In this document: positions 44,008-53,623 of the stretch, piece by piece
Layout: each line of letters opens with the position of its first letter
Position numbering within the stretch: position 1 is the first letter of the stretch
Origin: Magnetococcales bacterium
GTDB lineage: Bacteria > Pseudomonadota > Magnetococcia > Magnetococcales > JADFWU01
Assembly: GCA_015234045.1 (NCBI GenBank)
Contig: JADFWU010000013.1
Location: 253-64,252 of the forward strand
Direction of reading: 5' to 3'
DNA: 64,000 bases
Program-made: the position numbers and the translations under genes
The notes under the pieces: model-generated
The model's input: the letters and a program-made list of their open reading frames with translations, nothing else
Told to the model about the DNA's origin: nothing
Databases searched by the model: none

Positions 44008-45249
44008 CTACTGAAAAAGTTCAGGCTTGGGCATGAAAGCCTTGGGATCGATTTTCCAGCGAGCCGGCGACTCTTCATGGCGAATCTTATATCCACTCCC
44101 CTTTTCCCGATACTCCAGAAGATCCATAATCTCCGGTGTCAGTGGACGATTTTTAGCCGTATCATAGATCACATTAACGATGGGATGAAGCAGGCTCTCT
44201 TGATTGGACTGAATCACCACACCCATCAGACCATTTTCCATCACCACCAGCGTACCGATGGGATAAATACCCACACAGCGAACAAAACTGTGATAGAGGT
44301 TCAGATCAAAATGGTGTTTACTCCACTCCAACATCTTCCGCAACGCCACATGAGGCGGCATCCCTTTGTGATAACAGCGATCTGAAGTGATGGCATCATA
44401 GACATCCACCAAGGCAGACATCTGACCAAACAAACTGATCTGATCCCCTTTCAATTTATGCGGATAACCACTGCCATCATATCGTTCATGATGCTGACCC
44501 GCCACATCCAACGCCTCTTGTGACACGCCTTCTGTCTCGGACAGAATGTCATGACTGAACTCTACATGCTTTCGCATGATCATAAACTCATCATCACTCA
44601 GTTTACCGGGTTTGTTGAGCACTTCCTGAGGCGTTCTCATCTTGCCGATATCATGCAGAAGCGCCCCCACTCCCACATCAATGATGGTCTCTTCATCCAT
44701 CTGAAGACCGCGACAAAAGGACATCAGAAACACACCGACATTGACCGAATGCAAGAAGGTGTACTCATCCCGTTGTTTGAGTTGGCCCAAACTGAGCATG
44801 GCGTTTTGGTTGCTGAACATGGATTCCACCATGCCTTCAACAACGTTACGCACCGGACCGATGGCGACCTGTTTACCCAGCCTGGCATCTTCCAAGACAT
44901 TGCCAACCAGTTTCCTGGCATGTTTTTTCACCTCAGCAGCGCGGGTGAGCTCCTTTTCCATGGATGAAAATTTTGCCGGCGGCGGCGGTGCGGGCGCGTC
45001 ACCCAACTCCATGATCTGGGCCGCAAGATCTGCATGCACCTCTTGGGCTGTGGGCGCATTCGGCACATCCAACCCTTTGGCTGTATCAATATAGAGCTCT
45101 TTTAAACCCTGTTGGCGAATATAGGAGATCTGAGTACTTTTTTTGAGCAACAACTGTTTGGGAAAGGGATTATCATCACGCCAAGCGCAATTGAAATCAT
45201 GGATGAACATCCCCGGTTTGAGGGCTGAGACAGGGACTTTTTTGATCAC
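44008..45249 (-). CDS. HD-GYP domain c-di-GMP phosphodiesterase with N-terminal DUF3391-like domain
   Basis: 413 aa. N-terminus MIKKVPVSALKPGMFIHDF... resembles the DUF3391 domain common in HD-GYP proteins. HDIGK, HHERYDGSGYPHKLKGDQI. Confidence 0.88.
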   Translation of the reverse strand: MIKKVPVSALKPGMFIHDFNCAWRDDNPFPKQLLLKKSTQISYIRQQGLKELYIDTAKGLDVPNAPTAQEVHADLAAQIMELGDAPAPPPPAKFSSMEKELTRAAEVKKHARKLVGNVLEDARLGKQVAIGPVRNVVEGMVESMFSNQNAMLSLGQLKQRDEYTFLHSVNVGVFLMSFCRGLQMDEETIIDVGVGALLHDIGKMRTPQEVLNKPGKLSDDEFMIMRKHVEFSHDILSETEGVSQEALDVAGQHHERYDGSGYPHKLKGDQISLFGQMSALVDVYDAITSDRCYHKGMPPHVALRKMLEWSKHHFDLNLYHSFVRCVGIYPIGTLVVMENGLMGVVIQSNQESLLHPIVNVIYDTAKNRPLTPEIMDLLEYREKGSGYKIRHEESPARWKIDPKAFMPKPELFQ

Positions 45250-45538
45250 GTTGTGACCTCTTGAGGTATCTTTTATCAGTGGTTTTTATCAATAACACAA
45301 AATTTTGTTGCATCTTGCGTCATTTAAAGAGTAGGCGATTCCCGCCGTGAGGAAAAGGGAATTTTACTGATGACAATCACATTGAGCACTCATCACCTCT
45401 GGGCTCGCAGACCGACCAATACATCACACAATGGCAACGATTCAACTTTTCCCTATCCCATATTTATAAAAATAGTTAAAAAATCGGCACTAAGGGCTTT
45501 TCAACCAGCGCTGAGAACGTTACGATAGCATCGAGAGC

Positions 45539-46234
45539 ATGTCTATCTTATGGGATCTATCAATGAACAAAAAAATGCGCCGAACCCTCAGTCGTATCAA
45601 ACACCGACAAGAGGTTCTGGACCGTTCCTGGGATGAAAACGGCAACAAAGAGTTGCTGCGCTTTTTCGTGGATATCGTCCCCAGACTGGTCAACGCCGAA
45701 CGGTGTAGTATCTTTATCAGTGATCCCTCTGGTGATCGCGTTTGGCTGGAGTGTGGGACAGGATTGGGCGAACGCAACGTTGCCATACCCAAACGGGGCT
45801 GCATCGTTGGTGAGGTCATCTCTTCAGGACGGTTCCGCATTGAAGAGGATTTAGAGACGCGTAGCGGCTTTCACAAACAGATGGATGATGCGACAAACTT
45901 TGTCACAAAAAACGTCCTGTGCGTGCCGGTTAAAAGCCTGAACGGCGACCAGATCACCGGTGCCATCCAAATACTCAATAAAAAAGACGGTACGCCCTTT
46001 AGTACCGAAGATCGCCTCACCGTGGAACGCGTAGCCTACCACCTTGAACTGGCTATCGAAAACCTGTTCCACTCCCAAACATTGGTAGATATCTCCGATC
46101 AACTGAGCCGCAAAGTGGATTTTGCCGAGTTCATCATCAAGGTATGGGTCGGCTTCATCGCCGCCATCATCCTCGCGGTGGTGGGTGTGGTATTCTACTT
46201 CACGCCGATTGTAATGGAAGTTTTTACCAGATAG
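45539..46234 (+). CDS. GAF-domain protein with C-terminal membrane anchor
   Basis: 231 aa. GAF-like core (CSIFISDPSGDRVWLECGTGL...LCVPVKSLNGDQITGAIQILNK). C-terminal TM helix VWVGFIAAIILAVVGVVFYF. Confidence 0.7.
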   Translation: MSILWDLSMNKKMRRTLSRIKHRQEVLDRSWDENGNKELLRFFVDIVPRLVNAERCSIFISDPSGDRVWLECGTGLGERNVAIPKRGCIVGEVISSGRFRIEEDLETRSGFHKQMDDATNFVTKNVLCVPVKSLNGDQITGAIQILNKKDGTPFSTEDRLTVERVAYHLELAIENLFHSQTLVDISDQLSRKVDFAEFIIKVWVGFIAAIILAVVGVVFYFTPIVMEVFTR

Positions 46235-46235
46235 A

Positions 46236-47174
46236 TCAACTATCTTCTTTTTTATCTACCGTATCCTCTGTCTCTGCGGACTGGGTTTGATTCTGTTTTT
46301 CATTCAGTGTCCGATAGAGGTATTGAATCATACCATCACCCAACCCTACCTGAGGCACGTAGAGCTTACTGATACCGGCCCATTTCATCACTGAAAGAAA
46401 CAGCTGACCCGCTGGGACGATCACATCCGCTCGATCTGGACGCAACCCCAGTCGCACCATACGCTCATCATAGGTGAGAAACTCCAATGCAGAATGAATC
46501 TCACGCAACTTCTCGAAGGAGAGAGGCTTGTCCTGTCTTTTTCGAGTCAGTTTGAAAATCTTGTTGATATTGCCACCCGCACCAACACCACTTAATGGCC
46601 GATAGCCCACCGTATTGCGTCGAATCCACGCTTTCATTGCCGCCCACTCTTCATCAGCAATACCGCCATTCTGGATACGCACAATTCCGATGGGAAAAGA
46701 TTCCGCCGCCACCAACTGACCATTGGCCAACAGCGCCAAATCAGTAGAGCCGCCCCCTACATCAATATAGAGACAAGCACAGGCATGGAAACGGCGATCC
46801 ATCCGGTTTAGTCCCAATAACTGAGCCACCTCAGCACCATCAAGCAACTGAAGATCTATTCCGGTTCGACGTTTGATGTCTTTGATAATTTGCGGCGCGT
46901 TATCGGCATTTCGCAGTGCAGAAGTAGCGCACGCCATGTGACTCTCTACTTTACAGACATCCATCAAATTACGAAAAGCCAACAGGGTTTTTTCCAGATC
47001 TTTGATTTTTTCAGGCGAGATTCTTTTACTGACAAAGGCATCTTCCCCGAGCCGCAACGGCACGCGGTAGAGATTGGCTTTTTTTATGGCGGGCTGCCAG
47101 TCACCCACATCATAAACATTTGAAATTAATAATTTAGAAGAACTTGAACCAATGTCAATGGCAGCGAGTTTCAT
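46236..47174 (-). CDS. Ppx/GppA-family phosphatase (N-terminal ASKHA domains only)
   Basis: 312 aa. AAIDIGSSSSKLLI, ATSALRNA and IDVGGGSTDL are actin-like ATPase fold motifs characteristic of Ppx/GppA. Confidence 0.8.
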   Translation of the reverse strand: MKLAAIDIGSSSSKLLISNVYDVGDWQPAIKKANLYRVPLRLGEDAFVSKRISPEKIKDLEKTLLAFRNLMDVCKVESHMACATSALRNADNAPQIIKDIKRRTGIDLQLLDGAEVAQLLGLNRMDRRFHACACLYIDVGGGSTDLALLANGQLVAAESFPIGIVRIQNGGIADEEWAAMKAWIRRNTVGYRPLSGVGAGGNINKIFKLTRKRQDKPLSFEKLREIHSALEFLTYDERMVRLGLRPDRADVIVPAGQLFLSVMKWAGISKLYVPQVGLGDGMIQYLYRTLNEKQNQTQSAETEDTVDKKEDS

Positions 47175-47560
47175 GCCTTGCTCCTAAACGGCATCGCTGA
47201 GGCACCATCCCTATCCCTTTGAGGTGGGCAGAGAGGCCGATTGTAGAGTGTAATGGATAATTTAAAGAACAATCAGAACCATTCATTGATTCTGATTGTT
47301 CATTGTTACCGGATTTCCAGTAAAAAATCACCGATTAATCCTGGAACAGATACTTTTTTTATCTACGACAATGCGATACTATACACAGAGATCCATAATT
47401 GAGACTCATTTCAACAATCACACTCTGGTTAAGTTGGCCACTGAACGACCACCTGCAAAATCGAGAGGGTCGTATGGCGGACTGAAAGTCTGGATACCGG
47501 CCAAAGCCGGTGTTTTGAACCTTCGCATGGATAATCAACAAACAGGTTTGAGAGATAAGC

Positions 47561-47872
47561 TCACTCTCTGTACGCATCCCCCTGTTCTTGCTTCACCAAC
47601 TCCTTGAACTCACAACGACGACAGCGCTCTTCCTTGAAAGAGAACCCACCACGTGGCTCACGACCACCAGCCTCTTTGATTGCTGACTCTTCACAAATTG
47701 AACCGGGCATCTGCCAACAGTAACGCCCCGCGTTTGTACCGTCATTTTTTCCATTATGACAGGTTGTTATACTGACATTACAGACTGGACCTTTGGGATG
47801 GCCACTGAAGATATCTCGACCACACTCAAAAAAATCCCAGCAATTTTTCTTCTCTACATTGGATACATGCAC
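47561..47872 (-). CDS. Two-CW domain protein (small Cys/Trp-rich protein)
   Basis: NCWDFFECGR....G.N.GRYCWQMPGSIC....CRRCEFKELV matches the two-CW pattern NCW.F..CGR / GR.CW / C..C.F. GTG at 47872 has GAGGA 6 nt upstream; the track TTG start is 47887. Confidence 0.65.
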   Translation of the reverse strand: MHVSNVEKKNCWDFFECGRDIFSGHPKGPVCNVSITTCHNGKNDGTNAGRYCWQMPGSICEESAIKEAGGREPRGGFSFKEERCRRCEFKELVKQEQGDAYRE

Positions 47873-48293
47873 ATTTTTTCCTCTCAATCAACAAGACATA
47901 GAATATAGGGGGTAGTATCCACGCCACAAATGGCTTGGATCCGGCACTCTACGACAGATGAAAATCAGGAAAGGTGGGAATGATATAGGAATAGTCAGAC
48001 GTATCAAAAATATGATGACTTTTTTGACAGTATTGTTGAAATTTTATGCAGGATCAAGGAATTTTTGTGGACAGAGTTCAATCTACTCCTGGTAGTGTCA
48101 CACAGTTAGTGGGGAACACAGCGCCCCTTCCCACTCATGAACAAAGGAGAGCACCTGGCGACTTACGGGTCACCAGGTGCTGTTTAAAGGCTCAACTTTC
48201 TTAAAAAAAGGCCGAAAATCGTCAAAGATCAACCATTTTGAATGGGTGGAGCGTGTTACCTGGGATGATTAATTTTTTCCGTGGCCCTAAGCG

Positions 48294-48572
48294 TCACTCC
48301 TGCTTAAACCAACTGGCAAAGGCCAGAGAAAGCAGCACCCCCAAACGCATGGTCAGTTCGACCTCTTCTTGCGTACGACCACCATCTTCCACCAAACGAC
48401 GGGCAACCTCTTTGCGAAATTCCATGTCAAAAACTGGATTCAGATCATCCATATCCTCTGGCTGCATCTGATCCAGCGGCTTTGACAGTCGCTCTTCGAG
48501 CGCCTCTTTGAGCCACATACCACTTTCCATAAACCGCTCTTCTTCCTCATTCATGACCATGACTGCCAACAT
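48294..48572 (-). CDS. Hypothetical small acidic protein (92 aa)
   Basis: ORF only. Acidic N-terminal part and hydrophobic C-terminal LGVLLSLAFASWF. No family recognised. Confidence 0.4.
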   Translation of the reverse strand: MLAVMVMNEEEERFMESGMWLKEALEERLSKPLDQMQPEDMDDLNPVFDMEFRKEVARRLVEDGGRTQEEVELTMRLGVLLSLAFASWFKQE

Positions 48573-48845
48573 CGCCGTCTCCTATGAATCCATCCTGCAA
48601 CAGAAAAAAAGGGGCACAGGACACCCCTTCCACCTCAACCATGAAAATCATTTGGTGATTTTGCACGGCAAGAAATCAGTCCAATTAATCCATATATCGG
48701 AAAAATGTGGGCAGACTTGACCGGTTTTAGCAGGAAAAACCGAACTTTTTCTGGTGGTGCGGCGTTACCCACCATTCCGGCATCATAGCCTGCTGCACTG
48801 GCTTATGCCATGGCAGAGGCTGTTTTCATATGATATTCTAGGTGT

Positions 48846-48861
48846 TGGGCTTTTCCTGGCA
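48846..48861 (+). promoter_or_regulatory. Candidate sigma-54 (-24/-12) promoter upstream of the 253-aa/HEPN-like gene pair
   Basis: TGGGCTTTTCCTGGCA: GG and GC with exact 10-nt separation and a -12 TGGCA. The GC lies ~45 nt upstream of the ATG at 48907. Confidence 0.3.
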
Positions 48862-48906
48862 GCAAGCACTTTAAAGCTAGGGGCAACGTTGTTTTATGGA
48901 TAAATT

Positions 48907-49668
48907 ATGCAGGAAGATCCGGCAAGGAAGCTGTCTGCGGTCATACATCGTTTAAGGGAGATTCCAATTGGAGCACCCTACAGCGAAGTCGCCCTACAGC
49001 GAGACCGTAAAGAAATTGAGGCACTGATTGATCAGTTCCCTGCGCGTGCCCATAGTGTTTTGGGGATCATTGCCACGATTTTAGGCAATGAGGAAGTGAT
49101 GCGGCGGCACTTTGAGGCAGCCCGTGAAATTGAACCGGACTCCACCTATATTCGTATTAATTATATCGTTGGCCTTCAAGGATTTGGCTGTTTTTCGGAA
49201 GCGCTTTTGGAAATTCGGGACGCGTGCAAAGACCATAGCAAAGACCCTGACCTGCTGGGTGAGGCGGTATTTGCCTCTGTTCATGCGGGCCGGTTTCAAG
49301 AAGCAGAGAAATGGCTGCAAGCCCGAGAACGTGTCGCGCCCAATGCGGAACCGCTTGTCGGTATGGAAGGCATTGTTGCCTGTTGTCGGTTTCTGCGTGA
49401 AAAACGCATCTCTGATCAAGAAGTTGAGTCACTCCAACTCCAGGTCGCCGCCCTGCTGCGTGAGAACCATATTCTAGGGCCAGTCATTGAATATGATCTA
49501 CGTGAGGATGAAGTAGATCGCTGGCTGAGTTTTCGCTTTAGGTTACGCCAAAGCGTGGAAGAGGTGGTGCGGCTGGAATGGCTGCTGGCTGACCGATTGG
49601 CCGACTCTGACATCTCACCCAACGCCCTGCTTAATCTGGTGGCTGGCTTTCTGTCTGGGGAGCGATAA
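48907..49668 (+). CDS. Hypothetical helical (TPR-like) protein, 253 aa
   Basis: Stop TAA abuts the ATG of the next gene (TAAATG). The N-terminal half resembles TPR helices. No family recognised. Confidence 0.6.
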   Translation: MQEDPARKLSAVIHRLREIPIGAPYSEVALQRDRKEIEALIDQFPARAHSVLGIIATILGNEEVMRRHFEAAREIEPDSTYIRINYIVGLQGFGCFSEALLEIRDACKDHSKDPDLLGEAVFASVHAGRFQEAEKWLQARERVAPNAEPLVGMEGIVACCRFLREKRISDQEVESLQLQVAALLRENHILGPVIEYDLREDEVDRWLSFRFRLRQSVEEVVRLEWLLADRLADSDISPNALLNLVAGFLSGER

Positions 49669-50115
49669 ATGACGGTTTCTCCGGTTGATTTTCTGCGTTC
49701 AGCGCAAATCATGATGAACCATCATGAAGAGATTGATCACCGCAATGCTGCAAGCCGCGCTTATATGGGTGCCTATCATGCTTGCCGTTTTTTGCGTGAT
49801 GCGTTGGAATTGGGACCACTTCCGAGCATTCTCAAGGTTGAAGGTAGTCACAGAAAATTGATCCGAACCCTGCAACAAGCGCCAGTACCGCTGAAAAAAG
49901 GCGCTGTCTGGGCACATGCGCGTCGAATTAGACAGTTGGGACAACAGCTTAAAAGTTTGCGTGATCTACAAAATGCCGCAGAGTATCGCATTAGTCGTAA
50001 TTTTTCCCGCAATGATGCCCGTCAGGTAGTTGCTGCCAGTCGGGAAATCATCCGGGTCGTGGATATGATTCTCCGAGAAGAGGGGGATGAAGGTGACAAA
50101 ACAGATGCAACCTGA
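49669..50115 (+). CDS. HEPN-like domain protein (148 aa)
   Basis: [17 protein letters not shown] ... [10 protein letters not shown] ... [25 protein letters not shown] resembles the HEPN helix pattern (SRaYYa.fHa / .H..l / R..adY....t.e.A). Assignment is by eye only. Confidence 0.5.
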   Translation: MTVSPVDFLRSAQIMMNHHEEIDHRNAASRAYMGAYHACRFLRDALELGPLPSILKVEGSHRKLIRTLQQAPVPLKKGAVWAHARRIRQLGQQLKSLRDLQNAAEYRISRNFSRNDARQVVAASREIIRVVDMILREEGDEGDKTDAT

Positions 50116-50743
50116 TAAAAACTTGGCTCTATCTTATTTCCGAAGCACTCAAGCTGCTGTCCTTCGGACCCTTACCGTCATCACATTTTTGGCGATGGCA
50201 ACCGTATCACTTTTGCAACCCGGCGAAGCCTGGGCCAACGACAAAGGAGAACGATTCATGATGGTGGTGTTTTCTACAACCCTGGGCGATATTACTTTGG
50301 AACTTGATGCTGAAAAAGCACCTATTTCGGTGGATAACTTTTTGGCCTATGTGGATTCCAAATTCTTTGATGGAACCATCTTTCACCGGGTAATCCCGGG
50401 CTTCATGGCCCAAGGCGGCGGCATGACACCTGACATGAAAGAGAAACCCACACGCGCCCCCATCAAAAATGAAGCTGACAATGGTCTCACCAATGATCGT
50501 GGCACTATCTCCATGGCGCGCACCAGTGATGTCAACAGTGCAACCTCCCAGTTCTTTCTCAATGTCAATGACAACACCTTCTTAAATCACGGCTCCCGTG
50601 ATTTTGGTTATGCCGTTTTCGGACGTGTTGTTGAAGGAATGGACGTGCTGGATAAAATCGTTGCCACGCCGACCGGCAATCAGGGGTTCCATCAGGATGT
50701 ACCCAAAACGCCCATCTTGATCAATACCGCAACACGCAAGTAA
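50105..50743 (+). CDS. ppiA: Periplasmic peptidyl-prolyl cis-trans isomerase (cyclophilin type)
   Basis: [33 protein letters not shown] and [14 protein letters not shown]. Signal peptide ends ..GEAWA|ND. The start is either ATG 50105 (AAGGTGA Shine-Dalgarno) or 50087. Confidence 0.9.
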   Translation: MQPDKNLALSYFRSTQAAVLRTLTVITFLAMATVSLLQPGEAWANDKGERFMMVVFSTTLGDITLELDAEKAPISVDNFLAYVDSKFFDGTIFHRVIPGFMAQGGGMTPDMKEKPTRAPIKNEADNGLTNDRGTISMARTSDVNSATSQFFLNVNDNTFLNHGSRDFGYAVFGRVVEGMDVLDKIVATPTGNQGFHQDVPKTPILINTATRK

Positions 50744-50895
50744 CGCCTAATCCTGTTGTTTTAATGGATTTCAATTCTTTTCAGTGATACTGTTATCGTG
50801 ACATCCTCAAATTGTAGGATCATAACGATAACAGTATCGCTGTCAGGGAGTGACAAACCTGCATCTGCTGCCTATTCCTCAAAGCCACAAGGCAA

Positions 50896-52059
50896 TTGGC
50901 CGTGTTCCATCGCTTTTCACTTACCCTTCTGATCTCTTTCCTGATCACCATTCCGGCCTACGCCTCGGATCTGGTCCGCTGTCGCGATGCGTCAGGCGTA
51001 ACGGTATTCCGCAATGCGCCCTGTGAAAACGGTGAGAATCTGGAACATATCTATCGTGAACTGGACTGGAACGATGAAATCCCGTTTGAAAACAGCAATC
51101 GGGCAGGTCAATACTGGATTAAAGGCAAACTCAACGGCAATCAACCGATCCAGTTTCTTATCGACACCGGTGCTAACGTTGTTTTAGTACCCAAAGATAT
51201 TTTTGACAAACTCAAAGAAGCAGGCACCGTAACACAATCGGATCTAAAAGGATTTGGCTACGCCACCGTTGCTGATGGCTCGCGCTCACGCCGACAAATT
51301 TTCACCCTACGCACGCTTCAAGTGGGCAAACATACCCTGAAAAACATCCGGGCCATTGTTGGCAATCCGGGCGTACCTGCACTGCTTGGCACCTCCGTAC
51401 TTGAACGGTTGGGCAACTGGCGTATTGATCACCGCAATCGACGTCTTGTATTGAAGAACCGGCCCGATCCATCTGGCACCATGCGCCAAATGGCACGGGT
51501 CAGCTATCTGGCCAATGATCTGCCCGACAAACGTAAAAAAAGTGTCAAAACGGCTTTGGATGTCAGTGATCACCTGTTGATGGGACAGGTTTTGGAAGAG
51601 TCTGGCCAGCACGAACAAGCAGCGCTGGCCTATCGTGAAGCCCTGAGAAACAATCCGTTGTCTGACACCGCAGCCCTGAGACTGGCTCAATTACTGATCC
51701 GCTACGGCGAACCAGCCACCGACCTTCAAGAAGCCCTTCAGTGGGTGCAACGCTTTGAAAACGATACAAATCCAGCGCGCCTGGATATTTTGGGTCAGGT
51801 CTATTTTCATATGGGTTGGATGAACCGGGCTGTAACCGTTTTGGAAAAAGCGGTCGCACATGGCACAGGTATTGGCGTGATTCACTATCACCTGGCCCAG
51901 GCCTATCTGAAAAAGGGGTTCAAAGAAAAAGGCCACACCCAGCTGGAGTTATCTCTCAGCGGCGGCGGCATCTTTATCGAACGCGCTCACGCTGAGGCCC
52001 TGTATGAAAAATTGGGTGGCCCTACCCTGATCAAGAATGCCTCCATTGCGTTCCCCTGA
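50896..52059 (+). CDS. Retropepsin-like (clan AA) aspartic protease domain plus TPR protein, secreted
   Basis: Signal peptide. GHF-type retropepsin core with FLIDTGANVVLVP and ALLGTSVLERL. C-terminal TPR-like helices. The 3' end overlaps the exosortase gene by 23 nt. Confidence 0.7.
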   Translation: MAVFHRFSLTLLISFLITIPAYASDLVRCRDASGVTVFRNAPCENGENLEHIYRELDWNDEIPFENSNRAGQYWIKGKLNGNQPIQFLIDTGANVVLVPKDIFDKLKEAGTVTQSDLKGFGYATVADGSRSRRQIFTLRTLQVGKHTLKNIRAIVGNPGVPALLGTSVLERLGNWRIDHRNRRLVLKNRPDPSGTMRQMARVSYLANDLPDKRKKSVKTALDVSDHLLMGQVLEESGQHEQAALAYREALRNNPLSDTAALRLAQLLIRYGEPATDLQEALQWVQRFENDTNPARLDILGQVYFHMGWMNRAVTVLEKAVAHGTGIGVIHYHLAQAYLKKGFKEKGHTQLELSLSGGGIFIERAHAEALYEKLGGPTLIKNASIAFP

Positions 52060-53530
52060 GAAAACAATCTGGCTGGTTGCTTTTTTTCTGATACTGTCGG
52101 GCGGATATGCTGAACTGGTTGAACTGGGTCAACAGTGGCTGACACGGGATACCTTTGGATATGGACTAGTGCTCGGCCCGGTTGCCGTTTGGCTCATAGC
52201 AACCACATGGCCTGCCTTGAATCGTTGCGGATTTGACGCGCCACGCACCGGTATCGGCGTACTCCTATTTTCCGGCCTACTGGTCATCCTGGGCCGCGAA
52301 AGCGCCACAGCGGCACTGGTTCAATATGGACTGATGGGACAACTCGCCGGGTTGGCACTGCTCCGCTGGGGTTGGTGCGGTTTATCACTGTTATTGCGCC
52401 CTTTTTTACTTTTTATCCTGACTATTCCGCCACCGTACCTGCTTGAAACTGGATTAAATCACTTACTGTTGAATGCATCCACAGAGTTGGGTGTTATTCT
52501 GATTCGCCTGATTGATCTGCCGGTTCATCTCTCCGGCGACATCCTTGATTTAGGTGCATTTCAACTTCGAGTGGTTGAAGCGTGTGGTGGTCTGAACAGC
52601 TTTTTTCCACTGACCGCTGTCGCCCTGCTACTCACCCAATTTACCAATAACCGACTTGCTCAGGTGGGCATTCTGTTTTCAGCACTGCCTGTCACAGTAC
52701 TGACCAATGGGGGACGACTGGCACTTACCGCCGCTTTATTCAACCTGTCTGACAACGAAACCGTGAGGACAGTCAGTCATGACACAGGTGGCTGGCTCTC
52801 TCTGGGCATGGGCATTGTCATATTGGTTGCTGAAACGCATATTATTAATAAATTTTGGCCGGTTCGACGCAGTTTGCGTAACAGTGCCAGCAAAAAAAAT
52901 CGCCACTCCTTTGGTACGCGACATGCGGGCGTGGCCTTACTGCTGATAACTGTTTTTGTGGGTATGTCTCTGACGCTGCGACAACAGACGATTAGAACGC
53001 CATCCCGACAGTCTTTAGCCACACTGCCACAAAAACTGTCCGTCTGGTGGGGCGAAGATGTTCCAGTGGACAGGATTATGATGGCAAAGCTCAACCCTGA
53101 TGAATGGATCAATCGGCGCTATCTCTCCGATCAAGGAGATATCATTCATCTGTATGGCATCTATGCTTCTGATTTAAGACAGGCAACGGCTGTTCATTCG
53201 CCCCGCCACTGCTTACCGGCAGGCGGCTGGTCCATTATTGAGCACCAGCAAAAACAGTTGGGCATCGGTGCAGGTTTAACGGTCAACCGAACGATTGTTC
53301 AACAAGGAATGCATCGCCAATTGGTTTATTACTGGTTTATCGGTCGTGGTCGAAGCATCGCTGGTGATATCATCATGAAGTGGTCTCTTTTCCAGGATGT
53401 ACTGTTGCGCGGTCGTGCCGAAGGCGGATTGATCCGTATCATTACCGATGCAAATGATCAAGCCGATGATCTCATTTTGGATTTTATTGGGCACCTGGAA
53501 CCCACACTGTCTAACCATTTCCCCAATTAA
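52037..53530 (+). CDS. Exosortase (EpsH/Xrt family) fused to a C-terminal EpsI-family domain
   Basis: The exosortase catalytic pattern is present: VVEACGGLNS (Cys), LTNGGRL (Arg) and SHDTGGW (His). The C-terminal ~190 aa carry the EpsI signature HSPRHCLPAGGW. Confidence 0.8.
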   Translation: MPPLRSPEKTIWLVAFFLILSGGYAELVELGQQWLTRDTFGYGLVLGPVAVWLIATTWPALNRCGFDAPRTGIGVLLFSGLLVILGRESATAALVQYGLMGQLAGLALLRWGWCGLSLLLRPFLLFILTIPPPYLLETGLNHLLLNASTELGVILIRLIDLPVHLSGDILDLGAFQLRVVEACGGLNSFFPLTAVALLLTQFTNNRLAQVGILFSALPVTVLTNGGRLALTAALFNLSDNETVRTVSHDTGGWLSLGMGIVILVAETHIINKFWPVRRSLRNSASKKNRHSFGTRHAGVALLLITVFVGMSLTLRQQTIRTPSRQSLATLPQKLSVWWGEDVPVDRIMMAKLNPDEWINRRYLSDQGDIIHLYGIYASDLRQATAVHSPRHCLPAGGWSIIEHQQKQLGIGAGLTVNRTIVQQGMHRQLVYYWFIGRGRSIAGDIIMKWSLFQDVLLRGRAEGGLIRIITDANDQADDLILDFIGHLEPTLSNHFPN

Positions 53531-53623
53531 GGGCCTTGGTAAAAACCACTATTCTGCGTGAATGGGATAATTGTTTTTTCGTGGTTCTACCTGTACTTCT
53601 ACACCTGTTGAGAGGACGTTGCA

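Noticed and set aside
47296-47607. 103-aa plus-strand and 72-aa minus-strand ORFs in the Ppx-like/two-CW gap
   Set aside because: They have no Shine-Dalgarno and low-complexity, stop-avoiding sequence. They overlap each other and the hairpins described as a candidate sRNA.
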